Source of the DNA: Ostreococcus lucimarinus
Taxonomy: Eukaryota
DNA length: 64,000 bases
Assembly (NCBI GenBank): GCA_000092065.1
Contig: CP000588.1
Strand: one strand, 5' to 3'
Position 1 is the stretch's first letter. Each line of letters opens with the position of its first letter. The notes under the pieces are model-generated. The model saw nothing but the letters and a program-made list of their open reading frames with translations. It did not search any database and was not told the DNA's origin. A program made the position numbers and the translations under genes. This document shows positions 1 to 9,423 of this stretch, one piece after another.

Positions 1-186
1 CAAGAAGAACCCGTACGACCCTTGATCGACGCACGCCGCGTCGCCGTCCACGCCCTCGCGCTGTCCCCGTCGATGCGCTTCGAACACCCTTTCGCAAATC
101 TCGCTCCCCGCGATCGCGCCCCAGTGCTTCACCGCGATCAGCGATTCCGTGCGATTGTTCACGACGAACAGCGAGTCGATCCCCAT
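1..186 (-). CDS. 5' exon or 5' part of a small longin/adaptor-sigma/TRAPP-like protein; the gene continues beyond the window start
   Basis: The minus-strand ATG at about 186-184 opens MGIDSLFVVNNRTESLIAVKHWGAIAGSEI..., which fits the N-terminal pattern of small vesicle-coat and TRAPP subunits. The reading frame is open to the window edge. It was assigned by motif memory only. Confidence 0.25.
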   Translation of the reverse strand, partial: MGIDSLFVVNNRTESLIAVKHWGAIAGSEICERVFEAHRRGQREGVDGDAACVDQGSYGFFL

Positions 187-264
187 CGCGCGCGTCGACG
201 GCGGCGCGGTCGCGGCGCGGTGCGCGCGAGGAGCGTCGCGAGTGACGCGGGGTAGCGTCAAAGT

Positions 265-1836
265 GTGACGCTCTCGGCGGGCGCGCGGCGCGCCATGTCG
301 ACCGCGAGCGTCGACGTCGCGCGCGTCGCGACCATCGTCGCCGCGCTCGCGCTCGTCGCGCACTGCGCCTGGGTCGCGTGCGTCGAGCGCGCGGTGCGCG
401 CGGCGCGATCGTGCGCGAGCTGGTTGCGGCGAGAAATCATCCTCACGACGGGCGGCGCGAAGCAAGCGGCGCGCTACGTCCCGGTACTCGGACACACGGT
501 GGCGCTTTTTAAGGCGGTGGGGTCGTATCCGTGCACGTGGGACCTGTTCGCGCGATGGGGGGCGAGCGCGGCGCCGAAACCGGCGCGAGTGCAAATCTTT
601 CAGAGACACTGCGTCGTCGTCGCGGATCCGGATCTCGTCAAGCGCGTGATGCAGGTGAATTTGAAGAATTATAAAAAGGACACGGAGTTTTCGTACGAAC
701 CGTTCCTGGAGATATTGGGCACGGGGCTGGTGACGAGCGAGGGGGAGACGTGGCGGGAACAGCGACAACGGATATCGAGCGCGTTGCGGGTGGAGATTTT
801 AGACGACATCATAGCCATCGCGACGCGCGCGGTGGACAGATTGTCGGAAAAGTTGGAACGGGTGCGTGGGAAGAATGAACCCGTGGAGCTCGCGGAGGAG
901 TTCCGATTGTTGACGTTGCAAGTGATCGCGGAGGCGATTTTGAGCCTCACCCCAGAGCAAAGCGACGAAGTCATGCCGAATTTATATTTGCCAATCATGG
1001 AGGAGTGCAATCGACGTAGCTTGGAGCCGTGGCGCAAGTATTTGCCCACGCCAGAGTGGTTCGCGCATCGCAAGCGCGTGGCGATGCTGAATGAGTACAT
1101 CGTCAATCTCATTCGCGGTCGATGGAAGAAGCGCACGTCGGGTGAGGCGAATGAAAACCCGGACATTCTCGATCGCGTGCTCGCGTCCGTGGAGGTCGAG
1201 GACTACGGCGCGGACATCGAGGAGCAAATGTGCTATGAGATTAAAACTTTTCTGCTCGCCGGTCACGAAACGAGCGCGGCGATGCTGATATGGACGACGT
1301 GGGAGTTGGTGAATAACGAAGAAAAGATGGCGAAAGCCGTCGCGGAGGCAAACAAGGTACTCGGCAAGGTGAAACCCGGTCGACTTCCCACGCGAGACGA
1401 GCTCGCACATCTTGATTACAACGTTTCCGCGCTCAAGGAATCGCTCAGGCTGTACTCGGTCGTTCCAGTGGTCACCAGACGCGCCATCGCTGACGACGTG
1501 TTGGGCGGATGCCGCATTCCAAAGGGCACGACGGTTATCATTAGCTTGCAAGGCGTGCATCATCGCGAGGATTTATGGCCAAACCCGTTATCTTTCGAAC
1601 CTGAACGCTTCTTAGACGGTAAGAACGACGAACTCGGCAACTACGCGTACTTGCCATTCATCCAAGGACCGCGTAACTGTCTGGGACAATATCTGGCGCT
1701 GCTCGAGGCGCGCGTCGTGCTCGCGACGCTCATCAGACGATTCAAGTTCAAGAGCGCGAGCACGAAGAACGGTGCTAAGCACACGAAAGCGATTCCCATC
1801 GCCCCCGCGGATGGTATGTGGTTTACCGTGGAGTAG
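265..1836 (+). CDS. cytochrome P450 monooxygenase
   Basis: A 523 aa ORF with a hydrophobic N-terminal anchor, the oxygen-binding motif FLLAGHETSAA, an ExxR motif and the heme-binding Cys motif PFIQGPRNCLGQ near the C-terminus. The P450 family is not assigned. Confidence 0.8.
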   Translation: MTLSAGARRAMSTASVDVARVATIVAALALVAHCAWVACVERAVRAARSCASWLRREIILTTGGAKQAARYVPVLGHTVALFKAVGSYPCTWDLFARWGASAAPKPARVQIFQRHCVVVADPDLVKRVMQVNLKNYKKDTEFSYEPFLEILGTGLVTSEGETWREQRQRISSALRVEILDDIIAIATRAVDRLSEKLERVRGKNEPVELAEEFRLLTLQVIAEAILSLTPEQSDEVMPNLYLPIMEECNRRSLEPWRKYLPTPEWFAHRKRVAMLNEYIVNLIRGRWKKRTSGEANENPDILDRVLASVEVEDYGADIEEQMCYEIKTFLLAGHETSAAMLIWTTWELVNNEEKMAKAVAEANKVLGKVKPGRLPTRDELAHLDYNVSALKESLRLYSVVPVVTRRAIADDVLGGCRIPKGTTVIISLQGVHHREDLWPNPLSFEPERFLDGKNDELGNYAYLPFIQGPRNCLGQYLALLEARVVLATLIRRFKFKSASTKNGAKHTKAIPIAPADGMWFTVE

Positions 1837-1894
1837 ACGCAAAGTAGATGAGATGGCGCGTGTTTTAATTGCAACTCAGATTTCCAGATTTAAC

Positions 1895-2953
1895 TCACTC
1901 GTCGTCGGGCTTGCCCAGGTACCCGTATGGATTCGCGCTCGCCCACTTCCACTGATCTTTGCAGCAGTCTTCGATAGTGCGCTCGGCGCGCCAGCCGAGA
2001 ACTTCAAACGCCTTTTGCGTGGCGCCGTACACCTCCGCGGCGTCGCCCTCGCGACGCGCGACCATCTTGCACGGAATCTTTTTCCCAGACGCCTTTTCAA
2101 ACGCGGCGACGAGCTCCAACACGCTCGTGCTCGTCCCCGTCCCGAGATTCACGGTGATCAACCCCGCGTTAGGATCGGTGGTGAGCTTTTTCACCGCCGC
2201 GACGTGCCCATCCGCCAAATCGACGACGTGAATGTAATCCCGTCGTCCCGTGCCGTCCTTCGTCGGATAGTCGTTTCCGAACACGCTCAACTCCGCTCTT
2301 CGCCCCACCGCCACCTGCTGCACGAACGGCATCAAATTATTCGGAATCCCCTTCGGATCCTCCCCCAGCGTTCCGCTCTCGTGCGCGCCGACCGGATTAA
2401 AGTACCTCAACAGCGCCACTCGCCACTCGCCGTCGCTCTTTTGCAAATCGCTCAGAATGTGCTCGATGAACAATTTCGTCCGTCCGTACGGATTCAGCGC
2501 CGCCGTCGGGAAATCCTCCGTGCACGGCACCGACGCCGGTTCCCCGTACACCGTCGCGCTCGAGCTAAAGCACAGCGTCTTGCATCCGTGCCTCGCCATC
2601 GTCTCGCACAGCGTCAGCGTGCTCCGAATGTTATTCTCATAGTACAGCAGCGGCTTCGCCACGCTCTCCCCCACCGCCTTGAGCCCGGCGAAGTGGATCA
2701 CCGCGCGCACCGTCCCGCACGTCGCGAACACGTCCTCCAGCGCCTCGGCGTCGCGGCAATCGCACTCGCGAAACGTCAACCGCGCGGCGCGCCGCTCGCC
2801 GACGATCGCGCGCACGCGCTCGACCGCCTCGGCGCACGAATTGTCAAAGTTATCGATCGCCACGACGGACGCGCCGGCGAGCAGGAGCTGCACGCACGCG
2901 TGCGTGCCGATGTACCCGGCGCCGCCGGTGACGAGGACGCGGACGTCGTCCAT
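1895..2953 (-). CDS. UGE: UDP-glucose 4-epimerase (short-chain dehydrogenase/reductase family; GalE/UGE)
   Basis: Starts [18 protein letters not shown] (Rossmann GxxGxxG fold) and is colinear end to end with GalE: YxxxK region, NPxG, YGxxK, and the C-terminus [11 protein letters not shown]. The start is placed at the ATG at 2953-2951 that precedes the NAD-binding fold; the ORF upstream of it is Arg-rich junk that overlaps the neighbouring gene. Confidence 0.88.
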   Translation of the reverse strand: MDDVRVLVTGGAGYIGTHACVQLLLAGASVVAIDNFDNSCAEAVERVRAIVGERRAARLTFRECDCRDAEALEDVFATCGTVRAVIHFAGLKAVGESVAKPLLYYENNIRSTLTLCETMARHGCKTLCFSSSATVYGEPASVPCTEDFPTAALNPYGRTKLFIEHILSDLQKSDGEWRVALLRYFNPVGAHESGTLGEDPKGIPNNLMPFVQQVAVGRRAELSVFGNDYPTKDGTGRRDYIHVVDLADGHVAAVKKLTTDPNAGLITVNLGTGTSTSVLELVAAFEKASGKKIPCKMVARREGDAAEVYGATQKAFEVLGWRAERTIEDCCKDQWKWASANPYGYLGKPDDE

Positions 2954-3087
2954 CGCGCGCGCGATCGGTGGACGCGCGTCGAAGTGCGGATGGCAACGTT
3001 TGGATAACGCGACGCGACGCATCGTCGACGACGCGCCGTCGACGACGCACCGTCGACGACGCGCGGGCAAAGCGACGCGCGCGCGCG

Positions 3088-4419
3088 ATGGCGTCGGCGT
3101 CGGCGTTCATGGCCGTGCCGTCGTTCGACGGCGACGGCGACGACGTCGCGTGGGCGCCGCCGGCGGCGGGACGCGCGGCGACGCGCGACGACGACGACGA
3201 CGCGACGGCGGTGGCGCGTCGCGACGGGCGCGGCGACGCGAGAGACGCGCGCGTCGCGACGGCGTCGACGGCGGCGCGCGGGAAAACGACGCGGAAGCGC
3301 GGCGCGAGGAGAGGGGAGGGGAGGGAGGACGACGCGCGGGACGCGCGCGGGCGGGAAGACGCGCGCGGGAGGGACGACGAGGGCGCGGCGTCGACGAGCG
3401 GACGAGCGCGGGAAGGGAAAGGCGCGAGCGTGAGCGGGAAAGCGCTCGGACGCAGGCGACGGGCGGCGGAGAAACGGCGGAGGTTGGCGGAGGCGAAACG
3501 CGCGGCGCGGGACGACGGCGACGACGGCGCGAGAGCGAAGAGGGCGAAGCGCGAGGAGAAACGCGTCGTCGAACGCGCGCCGGCGGCGGTCGAGGACGCG
3601 GAGTCGAGCGATTACGACGAGGAGTTGCTGCCCGAACCCGCGATGGCGCCGAATGAGCCGGTGAGCGATGATGAGTCGGCGTCGGCGTCGCGAGACGCGA
3701 GGACGCGCGCGCCGGCGGCGACGGCGTCGTCCGCGTTTATGAATAAGATGCGCGCCAAGCTGAGCGGTGGGCAGTTTAGGATGCTGAACGAACGCTTGTA
3801 TACCACCACGGGGGACGAGGGGTTGGCGCTCGTGAAGGACTCGCCCGAACTCTTCGAGGCCTACCACGCGGGCTTTCGTTCGCAAGTCGAATCGTGGCCG
3901 ACGAAGCCCGTGGACGTCATCGCCGGCGCGCTTAAAAAGTCCCCGAAATCTTGGGTCGTGGCCGATTTCGGATGCGGCGACGCCGAGCTCGGGCGCGTGA
4001 TCGAGCAAAAGTGCCACTCTTTCGACTTACAAACCCCGGAATGCGCTCCCGAAGTCATCGCGTGCAACATGTCCGACGTCCCGCTCGGCGACGCCTCCGT
4101 CGACTGCGCCGTGTTCTCGCTCAGTCTCATGGGCACCGACTACGGCTCCTTCCTCGAGGAGGCCCATCGCGTGTTAAAACCGGGCGGTTTATTATGGATC
4201 GCCGAGGTTCGCTCCCGATTCGACGGCAAAAACGGCGCCGCCACCGTGTCTTCCTTCGTCGCCGCCCTCGGCGCGCTCGGCTTCAGGCTCGGGCGCGACC
4301 CGGACGAGCGCAACACCATGTTCTTCACCGTCGAGCTCTTGAAGACGTTCGCCACCCCTCGCGCGTCTGCTCCCATTCGTTGGCCTCCTTTGAAGGCGTG
4401 TTCGTACAAGCGTCGATGA
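3088..4419 (+). CDS. RRP8: rRNA-processing protein 8 (RRP8/nucleomethylin-like SAM methyltransferase)
   Basis: A charged K/R/D/E-rich N-terminal region is followed by the Rrp8 methyltransferase core: [82 protein letters not shown]. The start is taken at the ATG at 3088, because the ORF upstream of it overlaps the divergent UGE start. Confidence 0.7.
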   Translation: MASASAFMAVPSFDGDGDDVAWAPPAAGRAATRDDDDDATAVARRDGRGDARDARVATASTAARGKTTRKRGARRGEGREDDARDARGREDARGRDDEGAASTSGRAREGKGASVSGKALGRRRRAAEKRRRLAEAKRAARDDGDDGARAKRAKREEKRVVERAPAAVEDAESSDYDEELLPEPAMAPNEPVSDDESASASRDARTRAPAATASSAFMNKMRAKLSGGQFRMLNERLYTTTGDEGLALVKDSPELFEAYHAGFRSQVESWPTKPVDVIAGALKKSPKSWVVADFGCGDAELGRVIEQKCHSFDLQTPECAPEVIACNMSDVPLGDASVDCAVFSLSLMGTDYGSFLEEAHRVLKPGGLLWIAEVRSRFDGKNGAATVSSFVAALGALGFRLGRDPDERNTMFFTVELLKTFATPRASAPIRWPPLKACSYKRR

Positions 4420-4587
4420 TCCATCGTTGTATTCCCAGCGACTCGCGCGTCGTCCCGCCGCCAGCGTTTTATCCACGCTGGCGCTCGCGGTTCGCGCGTC
4501 GCCATCTCGCGGCGTCGCGCGCCGCGCACCGCGCCTCGCCTCGGAGCGCGACGCGCGAAACGCGCCCGTCGTCGTCGTCGACGCGCC

Positions 4588-4676
4588 ATGTCGCGTCGCC
4601 TCGCGCGCGTCGCGCGCTCGAGCGCGCGCGCGCTCGAACGCGCGCGCGGCGGCGACGCGAACGCCGCGCGCGCGCT

Positions 4677-4707
<31 letters not shown>

Positions 4708-5445
4708 CGCGCGATGGCGACGCGCGACGGTGATTCCGCGACGGCGCGCCTGCTGCGGGAGGACGAACGCGCGCGAATCGCGCGAGATTTGCGCGCGATG
4801 GCGACGCGGAAGCTGGACGGCGACGCGTCGGCGCACGGACGACGCGTCGCGTTGGTCCCGCTGGGCACGTATAACGAAGATCCGTGCGTGGTGGTGACGG
4901 TGAGCGAGGATATGATGCGACGGGGGAGGGCGTGCGCGCTGCCGAGCGCGGCGGTGGAGGAGTGGACGCTGTTGGAGAGCGCGAGCGTGGCGACGACGAG
5001 CGCGGCGAAGCGAGCGAAGGAGGCGTTGTTCGGGAAAGACGATAAGACGGTGGTGGAGATGTTGGGGGCGACGCACGACGTGTTAGACGTTCGTGGTCGA
5101 ACGGTGGTGACGCCCGTGTTGGCGTACATGGGCGAGATTGGAGAGAAAGTTCGTGGAAGGAGCGACGTGGCGGCGATTTCGTTGTCGACGCTCATGTCGC
5201 TCGACGGCGTGGCGCCGGATGCGAAGAACGGCGGCGTGCGGTTCATCGGCACGCTCGCGGCGGCTGGATTGGAGGGGTACGAAGCCGCTGCGCTGCACGC
5301 CGCGCTGCGCGTCGTCGCGGGTCCGCGTTTGGAGTACAAAGAGGCGCTTTACGATCAATTCGTCGCGGGATACAAACGCCGAGCTCCGCCGGCTCCGCCG
5401 GGGGCCAAGCCATCGACGCCCGAGGACGACCGCGCCACGGGTTGA
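4588..5445 (+). CDS. hypothetical protein with an Arg/Ala/Thr-rich presequence-like N-terminus; function unknown
   Basis: A 285 aa ORF in host-like GC-rich codon usage with a globular C-terminal part (VALVPLGTYNEDPCVVVTVSEDMMRRGRACALP...LAYMGEIGEK...). Its last about 80 nt and its stop codon lie inside the 111 bp direct repeat. Confidence 0.4.
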
Positions 5446-5474
5446 GCGCGTTGAATTATTGAGTTTATGACTTC
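5364..5474. repeat. 111 bp direct repeat, copy 1; covers the 3' end and stop of the 4588-5445 gene plus the start of its 3' UTR
   Basis: This copy is identical, base for base, to 8266-8376. Two ORF-track entries (5138..5470 and 8046..8372) end in the same 34-residue peptide, and the offset between copies is exactly 2902 bp. Confidence 0.85.
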
Positions 5475-5816
5475 AGCCACGGGCATCACGGACTGAAATC
5501 ACGGAAACTTTTTTTTGAAAACGGAACAGCTCTTCGGGAAAAATTTCAAGCTTCGTTTGCAAATAAACAAGGTCTCGGGATTGCATGATTCGGGTTGCAG
5601 GATGATTGATGATGAAATGTCAGTGAGCTCTTATGAAAATTGGGGCAATAGCAACACTTGTAAATCATATTTCATTACGCGTTTCGGTTAAATATAAGTT
5701 GCTTGAATTTTGGATTTCCGTGGGACACCAAGTGCTCGAAGCGGTTGTTAGATCAGTTTCGGAGCCTGCAATAAGTTGCACGCGGTTGTTGCAGTACATA
5801 CAATAAGAGGCTTTCG

Positions 5817-6627
5817 CTATTTGAAGCCTGCGTTGGAGAGCTGCTTGCACCAGTTCTTTGCACGTTCTTCACTCTTGTGACTTTCATTGTCTTCATCAAG
5901 AGGGAGACCAATAAACACACCATCAACAAGAGCCTTACTGTCGGCGAAATCGTAGTCATCTTTAGAGACGTTTCCACCGCACATTTCTGCGCCAGTATCT
6001 CGGAAAGCCGAGTGAAGTTCTTCGATGGCGTCGCAAAAGTATTCACCGTAAGCAGAACTGTCACCAACACCAAAAACAGCAACTTTTTTGCCGCTCAAAT
6101 CTAGCGACCGGATATCACCGTACGCTTCATCCCATGCGGTTCCACTTCTTCCTTCGTCAGCACCAGTATGCCAGGTCGGGGCTCCAACAATGAGAGAATC
6201 GTAACTTGACAGATCACTCACAGCAACGTCCGCAATGTCCATTGGTTCTGTGATCTCTCCATAGGGTTCGAATGAACTTTGGATCCATTCCGCACAGTAT
6301 TCGCAGTTTCCTAAGGCGTCAGTTGCACGTCAGTCGTTGAGCAAGTTGGAATTAGAACAATTCAACAAAGTTGAGTAACTTACCCGAAGTCGTACTGAAG
6401 AAGAGCCCCACTTTAGCCTGTGGTGCTTTGGTGTACACTGTTCGCCGGTCGTTTGTGCGCGCTTTTGGGCGCGCCCCGAAAAAGCTCGATCGCGTAAGAA
6501 AGCTATTCGTCTGGAACATATCCGCGGGAATTGCTGTGGCGCCGTTGTGTGTGCGCAAATGAATGTTCACTCGCCGATTAGTCGTAAATAACAGACGCGT
6601 GTCGGAGTGTGCTTGGCACGCGCCCAT
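5817..6627 (-). CDS. long-chain flavodoxin with an N-terminal organelle-targeting presequence; two exons (about 6627..6384 and 6310..5817) and a 73 bp intron
   Basis: Exon 1 encodes a presequence of about 70 aa followed by KVGLFFSTTSG. A consensus donor GGTAAGT follows, and the branch motif ACTGAC occurs twice before the acceptor CCTTAG. Exon 2 continues NCEYCAEWIQSSFEPYGEITEPMDIADVAVSDLSSYDSLIVGAPTWHTGADEGRSGTAWDE...KKVAVFGVGDSSAYGEYFCDAIEELH...FIGLPLDEDNESHKSEERAKNWCKQL. This matches FMN-binding flavodoxin (T/SxTGxT phosphate loop, GxPTW, FGxGD). The phase is conserved across the intron. Confidence 0.8.
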
Positions 6628-6716
6628 CGAGAGCAATCACCCAGCCCTAATTACTAAACCCTATAATTACATATTTTCGCTCAGGTTCCACTAGAAGCGT
6701 GTAAAAAATGGACCTT

Positions 6717-6766
6717 TTCTGAAACACGTGTCCTTCTGAAACACGTGTCCTTCTGAAACACGAAGG
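6717..6766 (-). promoter_or_regulatory. tandem 17 bp repeat carrying two CACGTG palindromes, about 90-140 bp upstream of the flavodoxin ATG
   Basis: The sequence is TTCTGAAACACGTGTCC x2 followed by a degenerate third copy, GAAACACGAAGG. CACGTG is a G-box/E-box-type site for bHLH or bZIP factors. Confidence 0.4.
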
Positions 6767-7089
6767 CGAGAAAACATTTAGCACAACTTACATGCCAGGA
6801 GTTGGTCCTTCGCTATGGTTTGTCAAGCAAATAAGCAAGGAACACGACTAAACAGTAGTGTTCGCGGTTTTCTTGCGCAGCGAGTTCGGCAATGGACGCT
6901 TTCGCGATTATCGTTGCGTTGCGCTTCGTTTTGTTAGCCTTCATCTATGGCAGATACTCGGCGTTGAACGTTTCAGGGTCCTTCATCTTTTTGATTGTCA
7001 AATACTCGCTGAACTTGGGCGTATGCGTGCCCCGTGGAAGAAAAATGCACAGTAGTGGATGATGCCTGAAAAGTGCGTGTATGTTATGT

Positions 7090-7941
7090 TCATGGATAAG
7101 GAATAACAAATAGTAAAACTAGGAAAGGTATTGAGCAGCAGTATGCTAGGATCCATTCAGTATCGATGCTCACGTTGCAAGAATTTGTTGGGGCCACGTT
7201 GGTTGTCTCTTGAGGCGAAAGCTCTGAAACATTTTGCGAATCGTACTTTGTGCGAGCCGGGATTTTCTTCGGTACGCGAGAAGCCAATGCCACCGCGCGT
7301 TCGTCCTTAGTATCTCGGAAGATTTTCCAGCGTAGCAATGGCACACAGTCCTCGTTCATTTCAGCGGCAATTAATGCAAGTCGATACGCTCTCTGCAGAC
7401 GATCTGCCTTGAGTTCTCGTAGTGCCAACAGTTGAATAAATAATCCCGATTTTTCGTGGTCGTGCACACTTACGGCTGCACCACGCTGCAATGCTCGTCG
7501 GCTTGCTTTTGTATCGCCTAAGTTTTCCTCGAGCATTCGAGAATAGGAGATCCATACCACAGGTTCATCTATGTGCACTGCACATGCCTCTTCAAAGCGA
7601 CTTATCATCTTCTTTCCCTCATGTTCAAACGCACGTAAATTGCCTGCTTTCTTTAAGGCCCGCGTTCGATGCGCGCTTCTACGTGCCGTTTGATAATGCT
7701 CACAGTTGCTCAAACTGTAGCTACGTCTGTCGTCGAGGTGTACGGCTTGGTGCGATTTTGCATACCGCACGGTGGACACTTTGTGGGTCACCTCGATTGT
7801 GTCAATGTGTGCGCGCGGCTGCTTGTTCCAATTTTGACACAACTTCATTCGATTCGCCGTCCCCTGCGACATCGGGGCGCCGTCGTCTAACGTTACTAGC
7901 AAACGGATGTCGAGGTGAAACGACGCGCGCCTGTCGGCCAC
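7090..7941 (-). CDS. hypothetical ORF inside the AT-rich island with a HAT/TPR-like helical repeat signature; possibly a gene fragment or pseudogene
   Basis: A 283 aa ORF in low-GC codon usage. The segment VVWISYSRMLEENLGDTKASRRALQRGAAV...LLRWKIFRDTKDERAVALASRV resembles half-a-TPR repeats. It has no clean ATG start (the track start is GTG) and a low-complexity hydrophobic tail. Confidence 0.3.
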   Translation of the reverse strand: MADRRASFHLDIRLLVTLDDGAPMSQGTANRMKLCQNWNKQPRAHIDTIEVTHKVSTVRYAKSHQAVHLDDRRSYSLSNCEHYQTARRSAHRTRALKKAGNLRAFEHEGKKMISRFEEACAVHIDEPVVWISYSRMLEENLGDTKASRRALQRGAAVSVHDHEKSGLFIQLLALRELKADRLQRAYRLALIAAEMNEDCVPLLRWKIFRDTKDERAVALASRVPKKIPARTKYDSQNVSELSPQETTNVAPTNSCNVSIDTEWILAYCCSIPFLVLLFVIPYP

Positions 7942-8265
7942 GCGCTCGTTGAATGCAAAGTAAAACGACCCTTAGCGAAACTATCGCGTATAGTAAATAC
8001 GATGAGAGTATGAAATATTACTATTTTTCTCGATATGTAGCTTAAATGAAAAATTGGCGCGTGGCGCTGCCACGGGTTCGGAAGATGCCAGTCAAACGCA
8101 GATTGTGTAATCCGAACGTCGCGCGAACGTCATCTCAGGCAAGAAACCCGAGCTTACCACCGTTAGCTTTTGCTCGTCGAATCAGTGATTGCTTCATCTT
8201 CGTATCGATCCCGAACTCGGTACAGAAATCTCCGATGACTTGGGAGTGTAGTGCGATTGCTTTAC

Positions 8266-8376
8266 CGCGGGATACAAACGCCGAGCTCCGCCGGCTCCGC
8301 CGGGGGCCAAGCCATCGACGCCCGAGGACGACCGCGCCACGGGTTGAGCGCGTTGAATTATTGAGTTTATGACTTC
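8266..8376. repeat. 111 bp direct repeat, copy 2; a duplicated 3' end and stop of the 4588-5445 gene with no gene body upstream
   Basis: This copy is identical to 5364-5474. Immediately downstream the sequence returns to high GC content and host-like composition. Confidence 0.85.
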
Positions 8377-8425
8377 GCCACCGTTCGCGTGTACCTACTG
8401 ATGTTTGTTTAATTTCTACCGTTTT

Positions 8426-9190
8426 CTAGTCCATCCCGAGAAGTCGCTTCGCCTCGTCGACGCTCGACTGAATTTCATCCACGCGCGACACGACGCGCGA
8501 CAACCGCTCGCTCAGCGACTTCCCTCGCACCGCGTCCCGCGCGCTCACCGCGGGAATCGACGCCATCGCGAGCTCTACGTCCCCCCGCCGCGTCCCGAAC
8601 GCGTCCGCGAGCGTCGGCGTCGCCCTCGACCGCTCGCGCCCTCGTCTCGGCGCCTCCACCTCATCCACGTACCGCGCGCGCCACATCTTCGGCGCGTCCC
8701 GCGCGCGCATCGCCGCGCCCGCGTCGCCGTCGTCTCCATCGCGCGCGTCGCCGTCGCGCGCGTCCATCGCGCGCGTCGTCGCGCTCGCGCCGCCGTCGCG
8801 CGCGTCCATCGCGCGCGTCATCGCATCCAGCTCCGCGTCCAGCGCCGCTTCTTCGTCGTCGAGCGCGCGCGCGTCCGTCGCGTCCGTCGCGAGACGTCTA
8901 CCCGGCGTCGCGTCGTCGTCGTCGTCGTCGTCGTCGCGCGTCGACGCGGCGCCGCGCGCGCGCGACCGCGCGAACGATTCGACGGTTCGAGCCGCGTTCG
9001 CGCGCGCGCGCGTCGTCGTCGCGCGCGCGCCGCGATTTTTCGTCAGCGCGCGAACGACGTCGCGCACGCTCTCATCGTCGTCCATCTCGCGCGCGCGCGC
9101 GCCGCGGCGCCGTCTCGCGCGCGCGCGCGACCCGGCGACGCGCGCGCGCGCGCACATCAATCTACACGCGCACTGTTTGTACATACACAC
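8426..9190 (-). CDS. hypothetical low-complexity acidic/Arg-rich protein
   Basis: A 254 aa ORF with poly-Asp encoded by a (GTC)n run at about 8897-8935, and internal tandem repeats MTRAMDARDGG/TTRAMDARDGD. The C-terminus VSRVDEIQSSVDEAKRLLGMD looks coiled-coil-like. The start is uncertain and this could be ORF noise. Confidence 0.3.
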   Translation of the reverse strand: MCMYKQCACRLMCARARVAGSRARARRRRGARAREMDDDESVRDVVRALTKNRGARATTTRARANAARTVESFARSRARGAASTRDDDDDDDDATPGRRLATDATDARALDDEEAALDAELDAMTRAMDARDGGASATTRAMDARDGDARDGDDGDAGAAMRARDAPKMWRARYVDEVEAPRRGRERSRATPTLADAFGTRRGDVELAMASIPAVSARDAVRGKSLSERLSRVVSRVDEIQSSVDEAKRLLGMD

Positions 9191-9423
9191 TCAAATCTAT
9201 ATACACACACACTCAAACATACATACCCGCATGTCCGAAGTGTATACATATATCGAGCCTCATCCCGACGCGTCGCGCGCATACAGGCCGACGCGGAGGC
9301 GATGTGCGCGCGCGCGCGCGGCGCCGCCGGACGACCGCGGAACGCCGCGCGCGCGATTCCGCGTCACCCGCGCGCGCGCGTGACGCGAGCGCACACGCGG
9401 GCGACGCGACGAGGACGAACCGA

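Larger units (their letters stand above)
5475..8265. other. compositionally anomalous AT-rich island (about 2.8 kb) between the direct repeats; candidate inserted or horizontally acquired segment
   Basis: The GC content drops sharply relative to both flanks. The coding sequence inside uses A/T-ending codons, whereas flanking genes use almost exclusively G/C-ending codons. The island sits in what would otherwise be the 3' UTR of the 4588-5445 gene. Confidence 0.6.

Noticed and set aside
2776-4017. Many long ORFs antisense to, or out of frame with, the real genes. Examples are 2776..4017 minus, 4140..5339 minus, 8405..9709 plus, 12624..13751 minus, 18185..19081 minus, 22089..23207 minus, 35002..36003 plus, 40629..41972 minus and 56252..57265 minus. 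Most encode Arg/Ala/Gly-rich low-complexity peptides.
   Set aside because: In DNA this GC-rich, stop codons are rare, so every frame is long-open. These ORFs have no conserved motifs, heavy R/A/G bias, and they overlap well-supported genes on the other strand. They were treated as artefacts.
5460-8050. Whether the AT-rich island could be an endogenised giant-virus fragment or a DNA transposon.
   Set aside because: No transposase, integrase, capsid or other viral hallmark ORF is present. There are no terminal inverted repeats and no short target-site duplication. The cargo gene has a spliceosomal intron with the same branch-point motif as host genes. It is left as an unexplained insertion rather than assigned to a known mobile-element class.
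8170-8300. A minus-strand reading frame running from the right-hand 111 bp repeat into the island. It ends ...AIALHSQVIGDFCTEFGIDTKMKQSLIRRAKANGGKLGFLA* and looks like the C-terminus of a small conserved protein.
   Set aside because: There is no in-frame ATG or plausible upstream exon. It is bounded by a stop just upstream, and part of it is simply the antisense of the duplicated gene 3' end. It could not be tied to any family with confidence.
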